A DNA stretch of 64,000 bases. Origin: Vicugna vicugna (lineage: Eukaryota). The notes beneath the pieces were generated by a model, which did not search any database, was not told the origin of the DNA, and saw only the letters and a list, made by a program, of their open reading frames with translations. The position numbers and the translations under genes were made by a program. This document shows positions 1-42,063 of the stretch, in pieces. The stretch is from positions 4,449,283 to 4,513,282 of the forward strand of contig MU060970.1 of assembly GCA_013265495.1 (NCBI GenBank). The letters are read 5' to 3'. The stretch's first letter is position 1. The number at the start of each line of letters is the position of its first letter.

Positions 1-481
1 GCTGAGGAGCGGGGTGGCCAGAGAGATGGTCAACAGGAGTGGCCATGTCGACATGAATAGATTCCTGTTCCTAAGCTCAGAGAATCCAAAGGGGCTCACT
101 AGCAGAGCCCAGCCAGCACCGTGCACCCTCCCTGAGTCACGTTTGGCCTGAGTTCCCAACACCCCACACAGGGCCTGGCCCAGTTCAGGGACCTCTCCCT
201 TCCTGCCTGTCCATCCCATCACCAGGCCCAGGGCCTGCTGGAGACCGGGGCCCACCAGGAGGTGAGGGCACTGGGCTCTGAACAGTCACCTGACCCAGGT
301 TCCAAGGCCTCTTCCAGGGACACCTGTGGCTGGGGCGCCTCCAACTTAAGACGCAAAGCACCTGACTGCATTTTTTGTTTCCAGGCTGATTGGGCAGGGG
401 TGGTGGTTTAAAAAGCCAAAACAGAAACACCCAAACCACTCCTTAACATTCACAAAATAGCTAATTCGCCAAACCTTCATT

Positions 482-725
482 NNNNNNNNNNNNNNNNNNN
501 NNNNNNNNNNNNNNNNNNNNNNNNNNNNNNNNNNNNNNNNNNNNNNNNNNNNNNNNNNNNNNNNNNNNNNNNNNNNNNNNNNNNNNNNNNNNNNNNNNNN
601 NNNNNNNNNNNNNNNNNNNNNNNNNNNNNNNNNNNNNNNNNNNNNNNNNNNNNNNNNNNNNNNNNNNNNNNNNNNNNNNNNNNNNNNNNNNNNNNNNNNN
701 NNNNNNNNNNNNNNNNNNNNNNNNN
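482..725. other. N-run, 244 nt, in the 3'UTR
   Basis: Directly visible. Confidence 0.97.
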
Positions 726-832
726 TTCAAAGTATGAAATGATTGCATTGTACAGAGATGTACACAGACAATGACGGTTGCTGTGGGAAGTTACTTCGGG
801 CTGCACTGTGGGTGTGTTCATGTGTGTACGTG

Positions 833-1012
833 NNNNNNNNNNNNNNNNNNNNNNNNNNNNNNNNNNNNNNNNNNNNNNNNNNNNNNNNNNNNNNNNNNNN
901 NNNNNNNNNNNNNNNNNNNNNNNNNNNNNNNNNNNNNNNNNNNNNNNNNNNNNNNNNNNNNNNNNNNNNNNNNNNNNNNNNNNNNNNNNNNNNNNNNNNN
1001 NNNNNNNNNNNN
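833..1012. other. N-run, 180 nt, in the 3'UTR
   Basis: Directly visible. Confidence 0.97.
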
Positions 1013-1127
1013 AAGTTCCTTTCCACACAGAGTCAGAGTATATTACAGGAGACAGATGCGGAGAGAGACCTCACATACGCTAACAGACAGGATCTAGTTT
1101 TTCCACATTAAGATGGAGTTCCAAGCC

Positions 1128-1150
1128 TTTTTGTTTTGTTTTGTTTTGTT
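1128..1150 (+). repeat. (TTTTG)n simple repeat in the 3'UTR
   Basis: tttttgttttgttttgttttgtt. Confidence 0.85.
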
Positions 1151-4149
1151 CCGTAAAATAAAAACAATACACATTCCGAGGGAAATGAATGCATCTGTTA
1201 ACATGTCTCTATTTCCCATTTACATATGTACACACGTCCCTTGAGTCGCTGCCGCCGACGTCGCCCTGTCTGGGTAGGTCAGGCCGAGGGAGCAGACGTG
1301 TCGCGCTCTGGGGGCTCAGGGCTTCCGTTAGGGAGAAAATATTAGAAGTTTCTTAAAAAATAAAAATGGCTACAAGGAACATGATACACGGGTAAAGCTT
1401 CAAACCAAGAAGATGGGGGGATTGCTTGTACCTGGGCCTTCCCGCCTGCCAGCCGGCGCCCCATCCATCCTGTTGGGTCGGGGCAGAAACATGCCTGTGG
1501 CCTGGGTGGGTGCTTGTCATGGAGAAGTGACTTGCTGAGGCATTGTTTTTGCTGAGGTTACTTATGGCTCCGAGTAGTCATCCGAAAGGATCAGGGAAGC
1601 ATCTCCCCAGAGTTCAGAAACGCCCCTGCTTGGGGAGGCTGTCGTCACCTGAAAGTGTCACCAGCTGGGGTCTGCTCCAGCCCCGGATGCTTTGATGCCT
1701 CCCGCTCCCCTTGGCCTGGCTCCAAAACCGCTCTGGAAGAGCGCGGGCTTCAGGCACCACGGTTCTGGAAAGCTCTTTGCTGAACTTGCTGGTGGAGGCT
1801 CGCTTGGGAGGGGACCCAGGAAACCTGCCTCGGGTGCCAAGCCCACGGTTTCCTCAGAGGTGGTTGAGGGAGGTGCCTGGAGCCTGGGCTGGGGGGAGCG
1901 CGTCGACCCTCTGCACTAGAAAGCTGTGGGTAGGTCGGTGAGCAGAGTGGGGACAGCCCAGTAAGAACCAGAACGGACCCCAGGCCTTTCTGAGAAGAAG
2001 TGGCATGGCAGGAGGCGGGAACTTCCAAGGAAGGCATCTGTAAGTCTGTCTGGGGCGGTACATTCCCAGATGGCCTGACACGGAACGTGGCCACCTGCTG
2101 GGGCAAAGACAGCCACATGCTACCACCAGCCAACTGGGGATGGCTCTAAACAGTGGGTGACCTGGTCTAACTCACGGTACAGCCACCCATGCTCTTGTCC
2201 CTTCATCTGTACAAATGGCCCTGGTTGCTTTTTTGTTTTTGTTTGTTGTTTTTTTTTTTAAAAAAAGGGACTCGGTCTTTGTCGTTGAGTCAAGGTATTT
2301 TAAAAACACCAGCAAAGGCTATAACCAGGTCATGAAAATGTTGAATATTATCAAAGACAATACTAAAATATTCACAAAGGTATTTACAAAAGCAATTCTT
2401 AAAATAATTGATTTGCATACGGAACACCACGCTGTTTGAAAAACCTCGACAAGGGGGACAAAGGAAAAGGGGCGGGGATGGGACGATGGCAGCCTTCCTG
2501 CAGAAAACCTTGTGCCAGGCCGTCTGGTAGAGTGACTGGAACTCAACAGCTGAGGCCATCGTTCCGGTCAAATCCAGAGGAGTGCTGGGGATCCCCGCCC
2601 CCAACAGAAAGGGAGACGGAGACCGACAACAGACAGTGGATGGGGGAGCAGGCGAGGGCCCTGGGCAGCAGCAGGGAGGGGCGTGACAAATTTACCGAGG
2701 GGACCCAAGCAACCTGATGGCCCGGCAGCATCACAGGCCACATGGCTCTGGGGAGCACAGAGGCGCATGGAGCAAAACACGCACCAAAAGCTACCCGGGA
2801 GACTCTGACAACGAGCAGCAAGCCGGATGGAGTGAAGCAGAGGCTGCTTCTGCTGGAGCAGGAGTGTGGGCTAAGCTTTTGAGGGCAGAGGGACACAGAG
2901 GGAAGGAGAGGCTGGCAGCCAAGTGCGGCATCTGAGACAGCCACAGAAACACCACGCAATGCTCGAGGGTACATCCTGGCACAGGCGGCAACGGACTGGG
3001 CTGGAGTCGGGGAGGGGCAGCCTCGAGCAGAGGGGCAGACCAGACAAGACGGAGGGGCCAGAGAGATAGCAATGCTTGGGTTCCTGCGGCTGAGCCCGCG
3101 TACGCCCTGCCTTTCCACCACCACCTTGCCGTCTGGGTGGACGAAGGGGAACCAGGACAGAGGGAAGTGGGTGTCCCACGTAACAGTCCTGGAGAGGTGG
3201 GGAGGGGGAGCAGGAGGAAGGAAACAGAACACATGGAGAGAAATGGTTTGCTTGCTGTCCAAGTCCAATGTTCCTTTTCTCCAGATGACTTTGTAGCTTT
3301 AAGTTGCTGTCGTTTAAAAACAGGGAGTGGCTTGGAGCAAAGTTATAAGTTGCTGTTTCTATTGGACTCCAACTCTGCCTGGTGGCACATACCCCACCCC
3401 CGCCCCCAACTAAGGGTACAGTAATTTCAGCTCAGTTCCTTCTCTCTCTGCCCCCTCAAGGCTGGGCCCTAGCCTGAGTTCAAAGGTTGTGGAGCCATCC
3501 TGGCTCTGAGGAGGCCCTGACCCCCTTTCCCACCGGTCCCCAAGCAGGATTGGCTCACCCTTTCCCAAACACAGAATCTTGTCCTTTTTCTCTGCTTTCT
3601 GAGAATGTTTTACAGGGTATCCTGGCTTAGAGGGCAGGGGTCCAAGTGACAGCCTTGGCCCCTGAGAGTTCTCTTTCCCAGAGGTTTGTGCTTTTCTGTG
3701 GTGGGGGGTGGTGGTGATGGTGGGCAGGCCGTTCTCACTTCCGCCAACCGCCGCTGTTCCTCCAAGGCTCGGAGCCGCCAGGGTCTGGGGGGCCCTCCCT
3801 CAGGTTCACAGTCACTTGGAGGTGGCTCTGGGCCAGGAAGCAGGGATGCCAGGTTACAGTCTAGAAACTGGAAGACCCTGGGGGGGCGCCGGAGGGTCAT
3901 CTGGAAGCCACTGTCAGCATGTGCCCCCTCCCTGGCTGGCTCCCCGTCTGGAGGGTCATCTTCGGGGCCTGCTCTGGGCGTGGGCTCCAAACCCACGCCG
4001 CGTCCGCAGCGCACCCTCCCGCCCCCTGCGCTCTGAGAAGGCCGCGGCGGGGTGGTCCGAGGGCAGGGGCTCCCGGCGGGAAAGGGTGTGTGGGGCAGAC
4101 GGGGGAGGGGGCCGTGTGGGGAGGGGCGGCCCTGACGGAGGGGTGGGCT

Positions 4150-34796
<30,647 letters not shown>

Positions 34797-35664
34797 CTGC
34801 AAGGAAGGACAGGATGGTCAGCGGGCTCCTCGGCCACCTCACCCTCTCAGACTGGGTGCCTCTGACGCTGGTTTTGCCCCCACCTTGGTGAGACACCAGG
34901 AGAGTCACTAAGCCTCCTTAGGAGGCCTCAGTGTTCTCACCTGCACAATGGGACTAACACCCCCGAAGAAAGGAGGCCTGAAAAGCCTCTGTTGCTGTAG
35001 GAGTAGATTACAGACGGGTCAGTTGTAACAGCAGAAAGGAGTGAGTCAAGACCATGGAGCAGACGGCAGACCGGAGAGGGAGGGAGGGGGCCAAACACAG
35101 ACCTTGTGTGGGCCGAGGCTGGGAACTGCTGGCCACCCCCAGACATCTCAGTGAAGTCCACCCCCTCGGACTCTGAATAATTGGCTCAACATAGCTTCTC
35201 TCCGTGAGTGGGGCCCCAAATCACAAGGTTTAAAAAAATCTGGATTCTTCCTGGAACCTGTTGACAACCGCAGGAGTCCCTGCAGGGTTCTCCCTGAAAC
35301 TCCTCCCCGCAAAGTGCCTCTTTGCTGAGCATGGGTGCACCCACTTCTTGTCAGACCCGTAACTGGTCCCTGCACCACTAGGCACAGATGCTTGAAAGGA
35401 CAAACGATTCTGAGGGCAGAGAGTGGCCTGGGGGTGGGGTGGGGGAACGAGCTAGAATCTGCCAGGGGCCCCAAAGGCAGGAGCACGTGAGGGCTTAGCA
35501 AGGCCTCAGACACCAAGAGAAAAGCAACCAGAATGAACTGGGTGCTGGAGGAAGAATGCAACTTTCTTTCACCCTTAACTGTCCCAGTGTGGACACCAGG
35601 GCCAAAAGCACCCCAAGGTCAGTGTTTCTGGCTAGTCCCTCCAAAGTGCATGTCGAGCTAAGAT

Positions 35665-35790
35665 TTGGGGACGGAGTCAGGAGCTAGGAAGCCTGGACTG
35701 TCACCATCCTGCTGTGTGACCCTAAGGAGCTCACAGACCCTCTCTGGGCCTCAGTTTGATAACAGGGAAAGAGAAGTAGGGACCCTTGCC
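35665..35790 (+). mobile_element. MIR SINE fragment
   Basis: ctgctgtgtgaccctaagg...ctctctgggcctcagtttg. Confidence 0.65.
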
Positions 35791-38034
35791 CTGCCTTCCT
35801 CCAGGGCTGTGGTCAGGGGCGGCAGAGGAACTGCTGAGACTGTGGAAGCAAAGAGGTGGATCACACCCCAGCTAGGGTCCCACTCCTGGCGTGAGTACTT
35901 CAGCCAGACTGATCTGGTAGTTCTGGAAGGAGTCGACCGGGTGGGGTGGTCAGGAGCCTTTTGAACCAGGACTGTCTGGCCATTTGGAGGGAGCCCACTC
36001 CCTCATTCCCAGGATCTCCCATCTGGACACTGTACAACATGATTCTGTGTCCTCTTCTCGAATCCATCCTGTGTGATCCAGGGTATCAGCTGTTATCTCC
36101 ATTCTACAGAGAGCAGGCTGAAGCTTGGGCAGGTGAAGCTACTTGCCCACAGTAACCACAGCCAGAGATGGGCAAAGACACAGACGGCGCCCCTGCTGTA
36201 GGCCCCGATGCTGGAGCCCAAGGCTGGACCAGGGTGTGGGAGAGAAGGTGGTACCCTTCAGAAGGCAAAAACGAACCGGCCATGGTCTCTAGCTCCTCTG
36301 ATTCAACGAGGAACTCTTTCAGCCTTGTTTGAATCACACCCTTTCCTGCACGTAGCAGTCACCCGGGGATGAGGTCCAGACACACGAGGCTCCGGACTGG
36401 CTGCACAGGGCTGCTGCTTCGGGTCACCCAGATCCTGCAGAGGCTCCCCCATCAGCGCCAGGCCCTGCGAGGCAGGGCTGGGGACCCTCTGAGACAGACC
36501 CTGCCGGGCTCTGCCCCCTGCCCATGGGCCAGGCAAGCTCTGTAAGGAGTGTGGAATGAGTAGGGCCCGGCATCTTGGAGAGCAGTGGGTTCCTTCCTGC
36601 CCCTCACCAGGCAGGCAGGGGCCAGGAGGCAGCTTTGAGGATCAGCAGGAGAACCCTGTCCATCCAGTCCTGCTGCGAGCTGGCCGGGAGGGAGGTGTCC
36701 ACAATCTCAGGGGCCTGCTGGGGTCCGAAGGGCAAAGGAAGGACAGTGGCTCTTGTGGGAACAGGGTGGGGTGTTGAGGGGCCCCGCCCGCACTGCTGGG
36801 TGCGTCTGCCCGGCCTGTGTAGTGTGTGAAGATGCTCAGCCAAAGAGGCAGTGAGGCTGAGATTCAGCCTGGGCTCCCCTCGAGACGGCACCTGTTTCTC
36901 CCTCCAGGAGGGGGTGCCAATGGGTGAGCTGTGTCTTAAAAGCTGAATCCTGTCCCTCTCTGTGGGCCACCCATGCCACCACCTGCACAGGGAGGAGGGT
37001 GCCAGAGAGGAGAGGCCCCACCCTGGCGTGTGTCTGCCCAGAAACCGTGGCACAACGCCCCTAACGCGGGCGCCCAGCACACATCTGCTGCAGCTGGAGG
37101 GGGAGGCAGCCTATTCAGAGAGGCTGAAACAAACAGAAATGAATTTCCAGATTGCTCCATTCTTCTCCAGGCCCCTAGTTACCGCTTCTTGTGCGGGGGG
37201 GCACCGGGCATCTGGAAACTCATTTGCACGCCAAGCACGAGGCCCGGCGGATCACAGCCATGGAAGGATTGCTTGGCTGCCAGCACAAAGGAGGGCCGCA
37301 GATGGTGCCGCCTGCTGCCCGCCCTGCCCACGGCCGCCCCTCTCAGCCCACGCTCCTCCGAAGGGCCCCCACGCCATGGGAGGGGTTGGGGGCACCACGG
37401 GGGCATTTGGAGCTTTCCTCCAATGTCACAAGCCACCCTCCTACTTGGTCAAGGATGGCCCTTGTCTTCCTACTGCTAGTGGAGTGGTTTTCCGTAAAGA
37501 GAATAAAGGGAGGCTGGTGGTGTAGTGTGGCCTGGCTGAGTAGGGACTGGGATGCTGTGAGCAGATGTGATTAGGCAGCCAGGACACGGCACAGATGCCA
37601 GGGCAGCCACGTTCCTACCACTGAGAGGGAAAGGACAAGAAGTGAGGGAGGCACCACCCATCACCCCCTTGGCCTGAGCTGCTGGCTGTCTAGCACAGAG
37701 GCCACGCTGGCAGACACGTGGTGGACGGACACAGTGCAGGCTCTCCTCACGGTGTAAACCAACACAAGCCGTTCCCGTGCCAAGGCAAATGCCGGTTAAT
37801 GGTAACACGCAGAATTTGCAACCAAAAAAATCAGAGACCCAGGAGGACCCACAGGCAAACGCAGGTGGGGTGGGTGTCCAGGTGTGCACCTGTGTGTGCC
37901 TGGGTCTGAGCTGTGTGTACACGGGTGAGCCAAGCGTGCCTCTCTGATGAGGCAGCACTAGTGCCTACACCACCCGGGGGAGGGGAAGAGAGGGGACAAT
38001 GGCGGGCAGGCTGTGGGAAGCAGGCACTAAGGGC

Positions 38035-38190
38035 CCTGGCTCTAGAGTTCCACAGATGGGGCTTGAATCGTGCCCTAACACTCCCTAGCTGGGAGATTTC
38101 ACACAGGCTGCTCCACCGCTTGGAGCTCAGTTTCCCCATCTGTGAAAAGGGCTTAACAGAAGCTGCCCACATCAGAGTGGAGGTGAGCTG
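38035..38190 (+). mobile_element. MIR SINE fragment
   Basis: ggcttgaatc...gagctcagtttccccatctgtgaaaagggcttaacag. Confidence 0.7.
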
Positions 38191-38394
38191 TAAATTAGCG
38201 CTCTCAATCAACCGCATGGGAATCCAAGCAGAAGCTAAAAGGGAGGGAGGGTGGGCGGGGCTCCAAAGGACCCTGCAACTCAAAGTAGCCCCAGAAGAGC
38301 AAGCCCTCAATCACACACCTACCACTGCGTCACACGGCCCCCGCAGAGCTGGTGAGGCACGGACTCCACAAGCCACCCCAGCTCGGTCTCCACC

Positions 38395-38570
38395 AACCAT
38401 GTGACACCTGGAGCAAGGCACCTAAACTCTTGTGCCTCAGTTTCCTCATCCCTAAAGTGGGGTGATGGTAATTCTACTCCCCATTTCACAGAGCAGCTGT
38501 AAGGATGTGCTGAATTACCACCATGACGTACAGGAACAGCATCAGGCACGTAGTAGGTGCTATACATGGG
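38395..38570 (+). mobile_element. MIR SINE
   Basis: tgtgcctcagtttcctcatccctaaagtgggg...ggcacgtagtaggtgct. Confidence 0.8.
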
Positions 38571-39943
38571 TTCGCTACAATGACAGTATTATTGCCCTTG
38601 GTTGGTAGATGCGTGACCAACAGGATGGCCTTGGTGTCTCTGTCCACTTCTGACCACACCATAGCAGCCCTGAGGGGTCGGTGGAAGGGAAAGAGGATTC
38701 CAGCCGGGAGAAGACATGACTGGCTGACCTCTCGTGTTCCCATTGCAAGCACATGTCTTTGTAGCTTATCCAGGAAGCTGCAAGGGGACACTGGGGTTCC
38801 ATGGACTTAAGCAACTAAATCCTCTGTCGGCAGCACGTGTCTTACCGTTGAGGCCATACCGCGGTGTGATTGGTGGTGTGTTCTTCCTTCCCAGCGGTAC
38901 ATAACATAGTGGTGTGTGTGACAATGGGGAGCACCTTCTGTTGACGGGATCCAGTTGACAAGGGGCCCCCGCCTCAGAGGATGCTACAATAAGGCAGCAT
39001 GAACGGGGCGGCTGAGAATCAGGAGGGTCAAAGGATTCAGGTCTGAGGGAGGGCACCGAGGGAGAGCCGAGTTCCCGAATTTGCTCCCCAAGATCTCTCT
39101 GGCCGGTCCCCCTGCAGCTGGCCGCTACCACCAGTGTCCTTTAGGGACAAGAAAAAGGAAACCAGATGCAGGAATGAGGGCAGGTCTGGACTGGAGCCCT
39201 GGGAGCATCCTGGTTGTGGCTTGTCCCAGATGTGCCTTCCCTAGGAACAGTGACAGGCCCTGCATTTGCCTCTACCTGCAGCTCCTGGCAGAAGGGATGC
39301 CCAGGACGGGCTGACCAGATGAACTAGTGTGGGGCTGCTAGTCTGACCTGAGAGAGGTGGCGGAAGGAAGAGGCTGCACTGCTGGGTTTGGGAACTGCCT
39401 GGGCTCCAGGTAGGGAGGGCGGAGCTGCATTCTCCAGGCCAGGCGAGTAACCAGTGGACAATGAGCCAGTTGGGGGTAAAGGGGAAGCAGAGGCTGGGGT
39501 CTGGGAGTTGGAGCATCAAAGGGACAGACAAGCTCACCCGGGCACATGTGAAAAGCGGCCCCTTGCCAGGTTGGACTTGGGCTTGAAAAAGAGCCAAAAA
39601 CCAGAGGCAGCCATGTGCCCCCCACCCCCGCAAAAATAAAAGGCGTTCATTCCTTTTGGAGGCAAGCAAAGGGAGATTCAGACAGCAAAAGGCCGGGATA
39701 TTCATTCCTGGTAAGATCTGGGAATCAGGAAGGGTTGGGAGCAGCTGTGGGAGGGTCGAGGAGGATGAAAAGCTGTCTGGGGAGGAGGGTACAGAGACCT
39801 GGATGTAAGGGCCAAGCAGCAGAATTATCAAATGCGCTGCAGCCTGGGGAAGCTACACGCAAAATGAAACAAAGGCATATTAAGTATCAAAGAGCATCTT
39901 AGCAGCTGAAAGGCTGTGGAAGAACAGAGGCATGTGTGAGAGC

Positions 39944-39965
39944 ATGAGTGTGTGTGTGTGTGTGA
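39944..39965 (+). repeat. (TG)n microsatellite
   Basis: gagtgtgtgtgtgtgtgtga. Confidence 0.85.
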
Positions 39966-41759
39966 GGGGGGAGGGAGGGGGTAGAGCTCTGAGATCCAGT
40001 GATGGGGCAGGACTCAGGGGTACCCAGCAGGCGAGTCTGCGAGGCAGCAGCCTCTCAAACCATGCCCTGGGGGAGAGGGGAGGAAGATTCAGGCAGAGCA
40101 AGGCAGAAAGAGCTTCCAGGAGCACACAAATGGGGTTCGCTGTTCAATGAAATATACTAACGACGCATTTTCAAATGCTTTCATATCATCAGTTTACTAC
40201 ATCCACACAAGACCTCTGAAGTGGTCCCCTTCCCCATCACAGGCGAGTCAGGGCAGAAGAACCAGTCTTCCACACTGGGCACCCCCTTCCCCTCTGTTCC
40301 CTCCCGACACATCTGAGTTCCTATTCTCATACCCATGAGAATCCCCAGGAGCACCTCAAGCCACCTTGGGAAGATGGGCACTGCCTGTTCCCCCCTGCCC
40401 CACCCATGGGTCATCGCAGCCTGATTATCTTTGCAGCCTGTCCCCTCTGCTTCTTACCGGTTCCAATCACCTTCTGCAGCCTTGTCCTTTCTCTCCTGAA
40501 TTATGATGCGCCCCATCATTTATCTCAGTCACCAATCTCGCCTCCTGCCAACCTGCACTCCACAAGGCGGCCAGAGGAATTTTTCCACAAATGGATTCTG
40601 TTCACCTCTTTCCAATGTGTCCCCAGAGGCTGCCCAGGACCTGGTAGACAGGAGATGCTCAAAGGATGCTGAAATGAGTGAGAGAGCTGGGCTACCCAGG
40701 GGAAAGCCAAGATGTTCTAGAGCGAGAGCATGAACCCTGAGGGCCATGATGAGATTTGAGGGGCTCACTTCTGCAACTCTGGCACCAGCACAGGCTACGC
40801 AGCCAACACAACTAACGGACTGAAATGAATCACAGCTACATAAGCTGACGGGAAGGAGACGGGAGAGATGGACAGACACTGCGCACGCTGCATCTGAAAC
40901 CCAGACGACCAGGGAAATACCTGTGACCTGGCACCCTGTGGCTTTTAAACCTGCCAGCAGCTCCCCACTCCTCAGGGGTGGAGCCCTGGCCCCAGGAGCA
41001 TTACCCCAAATGGACTCCTATCACTATGTGTCTAGGATGGTGCTGTCATCAAATAAAATCTATAACCCACACAAGTGACACCTGTTTTGTGACATGCACA
41101 CCCAGTGGCGCGTCACTCCAAAATGGGGAATGAAAGGTAAGCAGTTTACAGAAAGAATATCTATTCGTATAACTTGGAAGGCCAGCTGTGGCCTTCCTCT
41201 GCTGGTGGGTTGGCACTGGTCGTGTCGCTGTGTCCGCCGTGTGGGGGCTGGCAGAGGAGGGCCTCCCCAGAGCATCTCACCCAGCGCTCTCTGCAGACGC
41301 TGCTGCTTGTCCTCCTGCCTCGCAGACCAGGCCACACCCTCCTACCCTCTGACTTTCCTCTTTCATCTCCCCAAACACGGGGTCCTGCCTGGGACCATTT
41401 CTCAGGGAAGTGTGGGGTTCAGAGACAGTGAAGACTCCTGCCTGCGCTTGAGGACCAGGGTTCCACTCCTCAGATCCGTGCAGAGAAAGGGAGGAGTGAT
41501 GAGTACCAGGGACGGAAGGGCAAAGGGGTTGTTGAGATGACCTGGCTGGTTGAGAGGCCTGGGCTGGTCTCTCCATCTCATCTGTAAAGTGGGGAGACAA
41601 TAAGAGGAACCTCTGCTCACAGACCTGGCATGAGGAGCTCAAAGATGAAGAAAGAGCCCAAGTTTTAAATCACAGAGATGATGAGAGATGGCAAGTCTTG
41701 TGTGAGTCTCAGCTGGAAACTCAGAAGTTACAAAATGCCCACTATCTCCTGCCTCTGGA

Positions 41760-42063
41760 AGGCAGAGTGGCCAAGAGCATAGATTCCAGCCAGACCACCT
41801 GAGTTCAAGTCCCAGCTCAGCCACTTAGCAGCTGTGTGACCTTGGATAACTCACTTAACCTCTCTGTGCTCTGGTTTTCCCTTTGGTAAAATGGGATACA
41901 AATAATATAATAATACTATAAAAATATAAATGATAAATATTACCTACCTCCTAAGTTGTCATGAGGACTAAACAAGCTGATAGACATAAAATGCCAGTAC
42001 AACGCCTGGCATATAGGAAGGGCTGTAAGAATAAACTGTTACTGTTTCTATTGTTATCGATTA
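41760..42063 (+). mobile_element. Near full-length MIR with an AT-rich insert of about 45 nt
   Basis: gagttcaagtcccagctcagccacttagcagctgtgtgaccttggataactcacttaacctctctgtg...cctggcatatagg; insert at about 41899-41941. Confidence 0.9.

Larger units (their letters stand above)
481..4149 (-). other. ZMIZ1: ZMIZ1 long 3'UTR; 3' end approximate
   Basis: Follows the stop codon. It has AU-rich blocks (726-830, 1100-1240, 2270-2440) and no recognisable transposon. I found no minus-strand AATAAA by eye in the unmasked sequence. A U/GU-rich tract lies just past the N-run (400-460), so the poly(A) signal is probably masked within 482-725. Confidence 0.7.

Noticed and set aside
461-1111. ORFs spanning the 3'UTR N-runs
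   Set aside because: Artefacts of translating Ns as X.
1157-1162. Plus-strand AATAAA (also near 1358)
   Set aside because: Wrong strand for ZMIZ1. It is the complement of U-rich UTR elements, and there is no evidence for a convergent gene ending here.
40458-40520. Strong minus-strand donor CCG|GTAAGA with upstream ATGATG
   Set aside because: The ATG frame exits in phase 2, whereas exon 8 needs phase 1, and the phase-1 frame has a stop. No clear acceptor or promoter was seen.
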